Positions 1-9,019 of a stretch of DNA of 64,000 nt are shown piece by piece. The stretch spans positions 320,001 through 384,000 of the forward strand of contig JBBRLQ010000002.1 of NCBI GenBank assembly GCA_038231275.1, read 5' to 3'. Position numbers and translations under genes: made by a program. The notes below the pieces were generated by a model that worked only from the letters and a program-made list of their open reading frames with translations, was not told where the DNA came from and ran no database searches. Numbering within the stretch: the stretch's first letter is position 1; every line of letters begins with the position of its first letter. The stretch comes from Polyangiales bacterium (lineage in GTDB: Bacteria; Myxococcota_A; Polyangia; Polyangiales; Polyangiaceae).

Positions 1-2
1 GC

Positions 3-515
3 CGCGAGCGCCTCGACGGCGACCCGCAGCTCGCTCGTCTGACGCACCGTCTCGATCACGAGCGCGTCCACTTGGCCTTCGACGAGCGCGCGCGCCTGCT
101 CGAGCATCGCCGCTTTGACCTTCGCGAGATCTTCGGGGCTCGCCTCGCCGAGAAAATACCCGCTGGGGCCGACCGCGCCGAGGACGTACGCGCGCGAGGG
201 CTGCTGCGCGACCGCCTTCTTCGCGAGCGCCACGGCCGCGAGGTTGATCTCGCGGACGCGCGGCGCGAGGCCGTGCTTCTCGAGGCGCATCGCGTGCGCG
301 CCGAACGTGTTCGTCTCGATGACCTGCGCGCCCGCGCGGAGGTAGTCCTCGTGCACGCGCTGGACGATCTCGGGGCGCGAGACGTTGAGCTCTTCGAAGC
401 ACACGGAGTAGAGGACGCCGCGCTCGTAGAGCTGCGTGCCCATCGCGCCGTCGACGACGAGGACACCTTGGCGGATGGCTTCGAGGAGCGGCTTTTCGGG
501 GCGAACAGACGGCAT
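3..515 (-). CDS. Homocysteine S-methyltransferase domain protein (YitJ/MetH N-terminal type), runs off the window start
   Basis: Not in the ORF track. Manual translation from ATG at 515: MPSVRPEKPLLEAIRQGVLVVDGAMGTQLYERG...HEDYLRAGAQVIETNTFGA...LGAVGPSG...DALVIET, i.e. the DGAMGT/ETNTF/GP motifs of the family. Confidence 0.9.
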   Translation of the reverse strand, partial: MPSVRPEKPLLEAIRQGVLVVDGAMGTQLYERGVLYSVCFEELNVSRPEIVQRVHEDYLRAGAQVIETNTFGAHAMRLEKHGLAPRVREINLAAVALAKKAVAQQPSRAYVLGAVGPSGYFLGEASPEDLAKVKAAMLEQARALVEGQVDALVIETVRQTSELRVAVEALA

Positions 516-575
516 CGGACAGGAAGGGTTACGGCCTCGGGCCGCCGAGCGCAAGCTGATGTAGGCTCCGTGGCC

Positions 576-2171
576 ATGACCGGGCCGCACCGTCAGCTCC
601 ACGGACTTGAGGTGAGCGCCGGGCTCCCAGGCCTCCGCGTGAGCGACGACGCCGCCGACCGCGTCGCCTACGCGCGAGACCTCTGGCCGCGGCACCACTT
701 GGCGGTCCGCGCCGGCAACGTCGCCGAGCACCGCCCCGGCGCGATCGTGTGGCCGGAGACGACGGAAGAGGTCGCGCGCGTCGTGCGATGGGCGAACGAG
801 TCCGGCACGGCGATCGTCCCCTTCGGCGCCGGCAGCGGCGTTTGCGCCGGGATTTTGCCGCGATCCGACGTGCTCGTCGTGGATCTCAAGCGCATGGCGA
901 GGTGGCGGCGCTTCGACCCGAGCGCACCGCTCGTCGAGGTCGAGGCCGGGCACATGGGTGTGCCGTTCGAGGAGAAGCTCGGGCGCGAGGGCCTCACGCT
1001 CGGGCACTTTCCGTCGTCGATCCTGTGCAGCACGGTCGGCGGATGGGTCGCGGCGCGGAGCGCAGGGCAGTGCTCGGGGCGCTACGGCAAGATCGAGGAC
1101 ATGGTGGTCGCGCTCGAGTGCGTGACCGGCAAGGGCGACGTCGTGACCCTCGAGCACCGCACGCAGGGCCCGAGCCTGGTGCCGCTGGTGATCGGGAGCG
1201 AGGGGACGCTCGCGATCGTGACGAGCGCGACGCTCCGCTTGCACCCATCGCCGACCGCCCGCGGCTTCGGCGCGTGGTCCTTCCCGACGACCGAGCACGG
1301 GTGGGAAGGAATGCGCGCGCTCTTCCAGGCGGGCCTCCGTCCTGCGGTGTCCCGCCTCTACGATCCGTTCGATGCGATGCTCGCGCGCCAAGGGAGCGTG
1401 AAGCGCGTCCGCGGCGACAAGCAGGTCGCGCAGGCGGCGCCCGGAATGGGGCCTTCTGCGTTGCGCGCGCTCCTCCGGCGTCCGCGTGTGCTGAACGAGC
1501 TCGTCGATCGCTCCGCAAGGCTCCTCGGCGGCGCGCTCCTCGTCGTGATCTTCGAGGGCGCAGGCGACGCGCCCTCGCGCGAGATCGAAGAGGGCCGCGC
1601 GATCCTCGAGCGCATGGGCGGCCGCTACGAAGGCGAAGGCCCCGCGCGGAAATGGCTCCAGCACCGCTACTCGGTGAGCTATCGGCAAGCGCCTGTCTTC
1701 GCGGCAGGCGGATGGGCGGACACGATGGAGGTCGCTGCGCCGTGGTCGAAGCTCGGAGCGCTCTACGACGGCGTCCGACGCGCGCTGGGCGAGCACGTCT
1801 TCGTGATGGCGCACTTCAGCCACGCGTACCCCGACGGGTGCTGCATCTACTTCTCGTTCGCCGGAAGCGCGGCGCCGTCGCATGCGGCAGGCGCGTCGTG
1901 GGATCAGGCGTGCGCCACGACGTACGATCGCGCGTGGCCCGCCGCGCTCGACGCCGCGATCGCCGCCGGCGGGACGCTCTCGCACCACCACGGCGTCGGC
2001 CGCTCCAAGGCGCCTCGGCTCGGCGCCGAGCTCGGCGAGGGGCTCCACGTCGTTCGCGCGTTGAAGCGCGCGTTCGATCCGAACGGCGTCTTGAACCCCG
2101 GGAATTTGATGCCGCCGACGTCGCCTGAGCCTTACGCGAACGACATCGTCCGCCGCGAGGTGCGCGCATGA
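576..2171 (+). CDS. FAD-binding oxidoreductase, alkyl-dihydroxyacetonephosphate synthase (AGPS)-like
   Basis: PFGAGSGV, GHFPSS...STVGGWVAARSAGQ.S.RYGKIEDMV, GSEGTL, HFSHAY.DG.CIYF, SHHHGVG, DPNGVLNPG motifs; start trimmed to ATG 576 because the upstream part overlaps the divergent gene. Confidence 0.8.
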   Translation: MTGPHRQLHGLEVSAGLPGLRVSDDAADRVAYARDLWPRHHLAVRAGNVAEHRPGAIVWPETTEEVARVVRWANESGTAIVPFGAGSGVCAGILPRSDVLVVDLKRMARWRRFDPSAPLVEVEAGHMGVPFEEKLGREGLTLGHFPSSILCSTVGGWVAARSAGQCSGRYGKIEDMVVALECVTGKGDVVTLEHRTQGPSLVPLVIGSEGTLAIVTSATLRLHPSPTARGFGAWSFPTTEHGWEGMRALFQAGLRPAVSRLYDPFDAMLARQGSVKRVRGDKQVAQAAPGMGPSALRALLRRPRVLNELVDRSARLLGGALLVVIFEGAGDAPSREIEEGRAILERMGGRYEGEGPARKWLQHRYSVSYRQAPVFAAGGWADTMEVAAPWSKLGALYDGVRRALGEHVFVMAHFSHAYPDGCCIYFSFAGSAAPSHAAGASWDQACATTYDRAWPAALDAAIAAGGTLSHHHGVGRSKAPRLGAELGEGLHVVRALKRAFDPNGVLNPGNLMPPTSPEPYANDIVRREVRA

Positions 2172-2644
2172 AGGGCGTACGCGTCGACATGACCAGCCTC
2201 GTCGCCGACGTCGACGCCGCGCTCACCCTCGCGGAGCTGAACGCGGCGCTGTCGGAGCAAGGGCTGACGCTCGATCTCGACGCGCGCGCGCCGCTCGCAG
2301 AAACGGTGGCGGCATGGCTCGCCTCGGGAGCTCCCGGCGCGCGCGATCCGTACCGCGATCCGGCCGATCACGTCGTATCGGGCCTCGACGCGCGTCTCCC
2401 GAACGGCCACGAGCTGCGGGTACGGCCGGGCCCTCGCCGCGCGGTAGGCCCCGATCTCGTCGCGCTCTTCGTCGGCACCGGCGATCGCTTCGGGAGCGTC
2501 GCGCGCGCGCACCTCCGCGTTCATCGCATCGGCGTCGCGCGGCCGGAGGCTCCGTCGTTCGCGGAGCCTCCCCACGGCGAGCCGAACGCAGGCGAACGCG
2601 CGCTCATGGACGCGATCGCCCGCGAGCTCGGCGCGACGAAATAG
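2168..2644 (+). CDS. Small FAD-binding (FAD_binding_4/GlcE-like N-terminal) protein
   Basis: ATGA overlap with the upstream gene; PRRAVGPDLVALFVG.G.RFG matches the end of the FAD-binding domain. Confidence 0.6.
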   Translation: MKGVRVDMTSLVADVDAALTLAELNAALSEQGLTLDLDARAPLAETVAAWLASGAPGARDPYRDPADHVVSGLDARLPNGHELRVRPGPRRAVGPDLVALFVGTGDRFGSVARAHLRVHRIGVARPEAPSFAEPPHGEPNAGERALMDAIARELGATK

Positions 2645-2685
2645 CGACGCGAAATCGGCCCGGAAGTAGCGCAACGAAGGCGCGA

Positions 2686-3402
2686 CTACGAGCCGTCGCT
2701 GAAGAACACCTTCACGTTCGCGCGATCCTCGTCGCTCGCGAACGCCGCGACGCGCGCGCCGCCGAGCGCTTTCTTGATGCAGCGGGTCGCCTTCGAGTCG
2801 AGCTTCTGGTGGTCTTCGAAGCGGTAGAACTCGACCGCGTCCACGTTGCCGGTACGGGCGAAGTGGACGTCCACTTCGTCGGCGACCTCACGCGGGCTGC
2901 GCACCGAGAGGTTGCACTGCGTGACGGCGCTCCGGACGCCCATCTTCGCGGTGCGCACCGAGAACGCGGGCGGCGCGTCCGGACGCGTCACCAGGAAGCC
3001 GAGACGCACGGTCACCGGCGCGCCGCGGAACGGCGAGACGTGCGCCGCGCTGAACACGCGCTCGATGCACGGCGAGACGGCGCTGCCGCCGAACGGCGCC
3101 TCCTCTTCGGCGACGCGCGCGGTGCCGGTGGCGGGATCGAAGACGATGACGGCGCGCCCGAGGCCGCTGGGACTGCCCTTGATCCCACATCGGGATACGT
3201 CCTCTTGAAGCTCGTCGAGGGCCTCTGCCGCGGCGACGCGATCGAACGGCGCACCGCCTGCGTTTGGAGAGCTCGCGGGAGTCGCTTGCTGTACCGGCGC
3301 CGGCCTCGACGCGCCCGACGCGCAGCCGGCGAGCGGCAGCCCGAAGAAGAAGAGACCGAAAGCCGCTCGGTTTACCCTGAGTGCGATCGCGCTGTTCATC
3401 AC
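2686..3402 (-). CDS. Hypothetical lipoprotein with two tandem TonB-C/AgmX-like modules
   Basis: Lipobox LAGC, GGAGG RBS; two units of C..G.A.(I/V).F..TG....C I...(F/L)..A.V..F. Confidence 0.55.
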   Translation of the reverse strand: MMNSAIALRVNRAAFGLFFFGLPLAGCASGASRPAPVQQATPASSPNAGGAPFDRVAAAEALDELQEDVSRCGIKGSPSGLGRAVIVFDPATGTARVAEEEAPFGGSAVSPCIERVFSAAHVSPFRGAPVTVRLGFLVTRPDAPPAFSVRTAKMGVRSAVTQCNLSVRSPREVADEVDVHFARTGNVDAVEFYRFEDHQKLDSKATRCIKKALGGARVAAFASDEDRANVKVFFSDGS

Positions 3403-3584
3403 AGACCTCCAAAGAGAAACGCCGGACCTCCCGGCGAGACACAGATCTTACAAAGCCGCGCGCGTCTTGGCAAAGGGACAGTGACCCCCAAACTGTCGTC
3501 ACTACTCATGATTTGTAGCCATCTGCGCCCCGAGAGGAGCGGTCGGGCGTACGCGGAGGGCGGCGTCGGTCGCGGTGCGCAAGG

Positions 3585-3614
3585 AAGTTGTAATACAAAT
3601 TTGTAATACAACTT
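3585..3614. promoter_or_regulatory. 30-bp near-perfect palindrome containing two TTGTAATACAA units; probable repressor operator
   Basis: AAGTTGTAATACAAA|TTTGTAATACAACTT, one mismatch, AT-rich, intergenic. Confidence 0.6.
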
Positions 3615-3787
3615 TCCCCGCCAACGCAGGGTCGAAGGGCGCATCCTCGCTCGGGTTTCGTGACGACCGATGCCGCCGCACTTCAGGGGGCAACGTGGCT
3701 CCACCGCGCGGATTCCGGCACACTGGCGCGCCCGCACCGCGCACCTCCGACGTCGTCGACGGGCGACGCGCGTGTACCTACCTCAGC

Positions 3788-4702
3788 TCACCGCTTTTTC
3801 GTGCACGCGTTCAGCGCCCGCGCGACCGTGGCGAGGCGCGGCGAGTCGGCGGGGAGCGGGTAGTGCCACTCGTAGAGGCCGAGGTAGCCGTGGTTCTTCA
3901 GCGTCTTGCAGACCTTCAGGATCTCGGTGCCGATCGCGTGCTGCGAGACGGTGTCCGGGTACGGCGCGAAGTTCAGCATCGGCGCGACGCGGCGGTGGCC
4001 TCGGAGCGTCGCGTTGCCGCGGTAGACGCCCGGCGAGTAGTAGAGATCGTCGACGTGCGCGTCGTCGGTGTAGAGCTCGGCGAAGTAGGCCGCGGTGTGC
4101 GGGCGCCGGATCAAGCGCCATCGACCGTCACGGAATGCCATGTACTCGAAGCCGCTCTTCTCGCCGGACGAGCAGCGACGAAGGGCGTCGCGCTCGCGGC
4201 CGAGATCGTTCCTCGGATTGGTGTCGTCGTAGAACCAGTGCGCGCCGCCGGGGCGCTTGATGCTGCCGTCGGCGTGGCAGTCGCGGTAGCTCGTATCCTG
4301 GGTCGTGCGATCGGCGACCCAACAGCCGTTGCTCCCGAGCTGCTCCGACAGGTACGTGTAAACTGCAAACGTTACGTGGATTCGCTTGCGACAGTGGGGG
4401 GCGGCGGGCGTGACGGGCGCGGCGGCTTCGGCCTGGAGCTCGCGCGACGCCTCGGCAACTTGCACCTCGTCGGAACGGGCGGCCGCTCCGTCGATCTCCG
4501 CGTCGGCGACCATCGGCTCGGTGTCGGCGCCGAGGAGCTCATCGGGCTCCGTCGTGAGGGCGTCACTTGCGTCGTCGGCGACCTCCTCGACGATCGCCTC
4601 CCCAGATGCCCCGGTGGTCTCGGAGCCGTTGGTGCCGCCGCATGCAGCGTGGGCGAGGCCGAGCACGGCGAGCGGCGCGAAGCGGCGGAGGGAGGGGAAC
4701 AT
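3788..4702 (-). CDS. Hypothetical lipoprotein
   Basis: MFPSLRRFAPLAVLGLAHAAC lipobox, acidic linker, Cys/aromatic-rich globular C-terminus; GC3-biased codons. Confidence 0.7.
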   Translation of the reverse strand: MFPSLRRFAPLAVLGLAHAACGGTNGSETTGASGEAIVEEVADDASDALTTEPDELLGADTEPMVADAEIDGAAARSDEVQVAEASRELQAEAAAPVTPAAPHCRKRIHVTFAVYTYLSEQLGSNGCWVADRTTQDTSYRDCHADGSIKRPGGAHWFYDDTNPRNDLGRERDALRRCSSGEKSGFEYMAFRDGRWRLIRRPHTAAYFAELYTDDAHVDDLYYSPGVYRGNATLRGHRRVAPMLNFAPYPDTVSQHAIGTEILKVCKTLKNHGYLGLYEWHYPLPADSPRLATVARALNACTKKR

Positions 4703-4874
4703 CGACGTCGGGTGGAGCAAGCGCCATACCGTCGGCGCTCGAACGTGCGCGCCCAACGAAGCCGCGTGCTTGCCGAGGTGAAGTGCACGCGATCCATCCG
4801 CGCGGATCGCGCGCGCTCGCGGATCCTGCCGCCGTGCATCGCGAGCGAGGGGCCGACCCTGGATCAGGCCAGAA

Positions 4875-5561
4875 TCAGCGTCCCCGAACGAAGGCGGCGG
4901 TCCACTCGGGGACGATGGCGCTGGCCCGCGCGCGAACTTTGTCTTCCATCCCCGCGCCGAAGAAGAAGCCGAGCACGCGCGCGGCGTGCGCCGGCGACGG
5001 GAACTCGTAGCTCGTGTCGAGCACCTCCCGAACGAAGCCGTCTTCCTCGAACATCGCGTAGAGATCACGCAAGCGCTCGTTCGGAGCTCCTGGCTCGGCG
5101 GAGCACGTCCCCATCGTCTCGAAGAGGATCACCGGCGCCCCGGCCCGCGCGCATCGCAGCATCTCATCGACGGCGCGACGCGCGTGCTCGCGCCACGCGT
5201 CCGGGTAGAAGCCGGTCACGTGTCCGATCGACCAGCCCGCGACCATCGCGTCGGCGGCGCCGTCCGGCTCAGGCAGCGACGCGTTGTCGGCCACGCCGTA
5301 CTCGACGTTCGGCCGTAGAGAGACGGATCGCGCCGCGTCGATCATGTGCGCCGATCCATCGTAGGCGCGAACACGATCGGCCCGCGCCGCGAGCAGGCGC
5401 GTGATCCGCCCGGTGCCGCATCCTAGCTCGATGACGCGCGCCGGGCGCGGCAAGAGCACGCGATCGAGCAGCGCCTCCAGCGCGTGCCCGCGATCCTCGT
5501 GGCGGACGAGCTCCTCGTAGCGGTCGGCGTGGCGGGCGTACGTCTCCTCGTAGGACGGCAT
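4875..5561 (-). CDS. Class I SAM-dependent methyltransferase
   Basis: VIELGCGTGRIT motif I, YDGSAHMI, ADNASLP; start at MPSYEE. Confidence 0.85.
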   Translation of the reverse strand: MPSYEETYARHADRYEELVRHEDRGHALEALLDRVLLPRPARVIELGCGTGRITRLLAARADRVRAYDGSAHMIDAARSVSLRPNVEYGVADNASLPEPDGAADAMVAGWSIGHVTGFYPDAWREHARRAVDEMLRCARAGAPVILFETMGTCSAEPGAPNERLRDLYAMFEEDGFVREVLDTSYEFPSPAHAARVLGFFFGAGMEDKVRARASAIVPEWTAAFVRGR

Positions 5562-5592
5562 GCCGCGGAGTCTACGCCGCCGGCGCGGCGAT

Positions 5593-5853
5593 TCAGCGAC
5601 CCTTCGCGCCCTCGCCGCGAAGCACCATGCACTCGCTGAACACCTTCGCGACGAGGCTGCCCGACTCGTCGGTGATCTCGCACTCGATGAGCCCGAGGCT
5701 GCGCGTTCGCTTCGTGACCTGCGCGGTGGCACGAAGGCGCGCGTTCCAGATCGGCTTGAAGTACTTCGAGATCCCGCTATCGACGGTTGCGACGGGCGTG
5801 AGACCTCGCCCTTCGCCGCGAGGACGACCGGAGCGCTGGACGCCGTGCACCAT
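5593..5853 (-). pseudogene. C-terminal fragment of a PaaI/hotdog thioesterase
   Basis: YFKPIWNARLRATAQVTKRTRSLGLIECEITDESGSLVAK...CMVLRG is a hotdog C-terminal half; no HGG catalytic N-half in frame. Confidence 0.55.
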
Positions 5854-5979
5854 CGCTCGTCCCTCGCCGCCGCGGAAACGCGAACGTTCTCGAAGAGACA
5901 CACGCGACTGACCGGGGACGCCACACGTTTGGCGCGCGGGACGCGAGCGCGACGCGACGCGCGTGCTAGTCGCCCTGCG

Positions 5980-6843
5980 ATGCACGCTTCGCGACGCGAC
6001 GTCCTCCGTTGGCTCGGCGCCCTGACCGCCTCTGCCGCGTTCGCGGGCGGCCGCGGCGCCACCGGGCTCATCCCGCTCGGCTGCAGCTCGTCGTCGCGCG
6101 GCGCGGCCCCTGCCGGCGGCTTCTTCTCGCCCGACCAGCGCCGCGCGCTCTCGACGCTCGCCAACGCCGTCCTGCCCCCCGACGACGCGCCAGGCGGCGC
6201 CGATCTCGGCGCGGTCGCGTACGTCGAAGCGCTCTGTACCGCCCTCGATGGACCCACGCCCAGAATCCTCGCGGGCGGCCCCTACTCCGGACGCGCGGCG
6301 TTCGCGGACGGAACACGGCCTGCGAACGACTTCGCCACATTCCAACCGATCGATCGCGTGACGCTGACGGCGTGGCGCCTCGCGCTTTTCGGCTCGGCGG
6401 GCGTGCCGGGTGGCGGTCCGAACGACGCAGTGAGCGGCCCCGTGAAGGGCCTCCGCGATCAACTGAAGGAAGGCCTGGCGGCCGCGATCGCGGCGTCGCC
6501 GAAGCCGCTCGACCAGCTCTCGCCCGACGAGCTCCAAGATCTCTTCAACGGCCTCGAAGGAGCGTTCCGCGATCTCGTCGTGGAGCTCGTCACGCAGGCC
6601 GCCTTCGCCGCGCCCGAGTACGGGGGCAACCCCGGCCTCGCCGGCTGGAAGCTCGTGGCCTTCGAAGGCGACGTGCAGCCGCTCGGCTACAGCATCTGGG
6701 ACGACGCGACGTGGAGCTACCGCGAGCGCCCCGAGGCGCCGGTGAGCACGCCAGAGCCGGGCACCGATCCGCAGCCGCTCGACGACGACACGCGCGCGTT
6801 CATCGGCAAGATCATCTCGCTCACCTCGGGAAAGGCGTTCTGA
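5980..6843 (+). CDS. Gluconate 2-dehydrogenase subunit 3 family protein (Tat lipoprotein)
   Basis: SRRDVL Tat motif, PLGC, LPPDDAPGGADLGAVAYV, PEYGGN...GW...F.G; coupled to the GMC gene. Confidence 0.85.
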   Translation: MHASRRDVLRWLGALTASAAFAGGRGATGLIPLGCSSSSRGAAPAGGFFSPDQRRALSTLANAVLPPDDAPGGADLGAVAYVEALCTALDGPTPRILAGGPYSGRAAFADGTRPANDFATFQPIDRVTLTAWRLALFGSAGVPGGGPNDAVSGPVKGLRDQLKEGLAAAIAASPKPLDQLSPDELQDLFNGLEGAFRDLVVELVTQAAFAAPEYGGNPGLAGWKLVAFEGDVQPLGYSIWDDATWSYRERPEAPVSTPEPGTDPQPLDDDTRAFIGKIISLTSGKAF

Positions 6844-8546
6844 TGCCCTTCGAAGTCGTCGGCAACGCGTCGCTGTCGAAGTTCGACGTGCTCGTGATCG
6901 GGTCGGGCGCCGGAGGATCGGCGGTCGCGGGCCTCCTCGCCACCAAGGGCCAGAAGGTGCTCGTGCTCGAGGCGGGTCGCAACCTCTTCGTCGGCCTCGA
7001 CGACGGCAAGGCGCCGCCCAAGACGCGCTTCGCGAACGACGAGCTCGCGTACATGACGCGCAACGCGATCCTCCCCGATCCGATCGTCGAGCCGCGCACG
7101 TGGCGCAATTCCGTGTCGGACGGAGATCGCACGTTCGTCGGCGACGTGAACGGGCTCCCCAAGACGGTCGGCGGCGGGTGCGTGCACGCGGACCTGAAGA
7201 TGCCGCGGTTCCAGGTCGACGACTTCCACCTCGGCACGCTCCTCGGACAGGTCGCCGGCGCGAGCTTCGCCGACTGGCCGGTGGACTACGACATGCTCGA
7301 GCCCTTCTACGCCTACTGCGAGGCGCAGCTCGGCGTCCAGGGCGAGATCGGCACAAACCCCTTCGAAGCGCCGCGAAAGACGCCTTTTCCGATGCCGCCG
7401 GGCGTCGCGATGTACTCGGGGCTCAAGGTGTCGGACGGCGCGAAGAAGCTCGGCCTCCATCCGTTCGCGTACCCAATGGCGGTCAACTCGCGGCCGTACA
7501 TGGGCCGGCCCGCGTGCGTCGACTGCGGATTCTGCTCCGGCTTCGGCTGCCCTTCGCACGCAAAGGGATCGACCGCGGTCACGATGCTGCGCGCGGCGCT
7601 CCTGTCGGGCAACTGCCAGCTCCTGCCCGAGACACGCGCGGCGAAGCTCCTCGCCGACGCGGCCGGCACGACGATCACCGGCGTCGAGGCGATCCTCCCC
7701 GACGGCACGCGCCGCGTCTTCACCGCCGACCGGTACGTGCTCGCCGCGAGCCCCATCGAGGACGCGCGCCTGCTCCTCTTGAGTGGAGGCCTCGGCAACT
7801 CGAGCGACCAAGTCGGCCGCAATCTCACCTTCCATTTCCAGACCGCGGCCGCCGGCGTGTTCGAGGAGCGCATGCACGGCCACCGAGGCCGCACGGTCAC
7901 CCACGGATTCAGCGATTTTCGCGGGGTGCCAAAGGATCCGTCGCGGCCGCTCGGCGGCATCGTCGAGATCAGCGGCAGCGAGGGGCCGATCGCCGAGGCC
8001 TCGTACATCCTCCGTGTGATGAAGATTCTTTCGGCCGGGCGCTTCGACGGGCCGCGCTTCAAACGCCTGCTGCGCCAGAGCCCGTTCCGCCAGCACGTCG
8101 TGGCCCTCGCCCTGCAAGCCGAGGACGCGCCGCAGGCGACCAACCGCGTCGATCTGGATCCGGCGATACGTGATCTCGACGGGCTCCCCGTCGCGCGGTG
8201 CACCTACAAGAACCACGATTTCGAGCTCTCGGCCCGCAAGTTCTACACGCCGAAGCTCGTCGAGCTCCTCGGCGCGTCCGGCGCCAAGTGGGCCACCGTG
8301 CTGCCGGCCGACGACGTCCCCGCGAGCGCGCACATCATGGGCACCCTTCGCATGGGCAGCGACGCGAAGACCAGCGTGTGCGACGCGACCGGCCGCTTCC
8401 ACGACATCGGCAACCTCTACGCCGCCGACGGCGCGCTCTTCCCCACGTCGAGCGGCTTCAACCCGACGATGACGATCATCGCGCTCGCGACCCGCGTGGC
8501 GGCGGCGATGCTGTCACCCGACGCGCCGGAGCGGATGCTCTCCTGA
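6843..8546 (+). CDS. GMC family oxidoreductase
   Basis: VIGSGAGG, LEAG, WPVDY, CVDCGFCSGFGC, VGRNL, HIMGTLRMG, FPTSSGFNPTMTI. Confidence 0.92.
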   Translation: MPFEVVGNASLSKFDVLVIGSGAGGSAVAGLLATKGQKVLVLEAGRNLFVGLDDGKAPPKTRFANDELAYMTRNAILPDPIVEPRTWRNSVSDGDRTFVGDVNGLPKTVGGGCVHADLKMPRFQVDDFHLGTLLGQVAGASFADWPVDYDMLEPFYAYCEAQLGVQGEIGTNPFEAPRKTPFPMPPGVAMYSGLKVSDGAKKLGLHPFAYPMAVNSRPYMGRPACVDCGFCSGFGCPSHAKGSTAVTMLRAALLSGNCQLLPETRAAKLLADAAGTTITGVEAILPDGTRRVFTADRYVLAASPIEDARLLLLSGGLGNSSDQVGRNLTFHFQTAAAGVFEERMHGHRGRTVTHGFSDFRGVPKDPSRPLGGIVEISGSEGPIAEASYILRVMKILSAGRFDGPRFKRLLRQSPFRQHVVALALQAEDAPQATNRVDLDPAIRDLDGLPVARCTYKNHDFELSARKFYTPKLVELLGASGAKWATVLPADDVPASAHIMGTLRMGSDAKTSVCDATGRFHDIGNLYAADGALFPTSSGFNPTMTIIALATRVAAAMLSPDAPERMLS

Positions 8547-8568
8547 TCGGGATCCGCGGATTTTTGCG

Positions 8569-8910
8569 TTAGCCGGGCGGCCACGCCATCGCGCGACCGC
8601 CGAGCACGTGAAGGTGCAGGTGGTGCACGCTCTGCCCGCCGTCTTGTCCCTGGTTGATGACGAGGCGGTACCCCTTCTCGGACAGCCCCAGCTCGCCGGC
8701 GACCTTGCGCCCGGCCGTGAGGAGCTCGCCGAGCATCTCCTTGTCGGCGTCGGTCGCGTCGAAGATGCCGGTGAGGTGCTTCTTGGGGATGACCAGCGCG
8801 TGGGTCGGCGCTTGCGGGTTGATGTCCTTGAAGGACAGGACGTGATCGTTCTCGAAGACGATCTGCGAAGGGATCTCACGCGCGACAATCTTGCAAAAGA
8901 GGCAGCCCAT
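8569..8910 (-). CDS. hinT: Histidine triad (HIT) nucleotide-binding protein
   Basis: [34 protein letters not shown]. Confidence 0.92.
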   Translation of the reverse strand: MGCLFCKIVAREIPSQIVFENDHVLSFKDINPQAPTHALVIPKKHLTGIFDATDADKEMLGELLTAGRKVAGELGLSEKGYRLVINQGQDGGQSVHHLHLHVLGGRAMAWPPG

Positions 8911-9019
8911 GGGCGCTCATCTTACGGCGCATTTTCCGCCTCCCGAGCGTATTTGAATGAGGACGACGCTCCTTCGTCCATCCTTTCCATCCGGGGGTTT
9001 GGTGTACGCTCGCTTTCGA

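Noticed and set aside
72-575. N-terminal extension of the AGPS-like ORF (similar extensions on the ssb, DUF1501, GMC and sigma ORFs)
   Set aside because: They overlap neighbouring real genes; starts were trimmed to motif- or RBS-supported codons.
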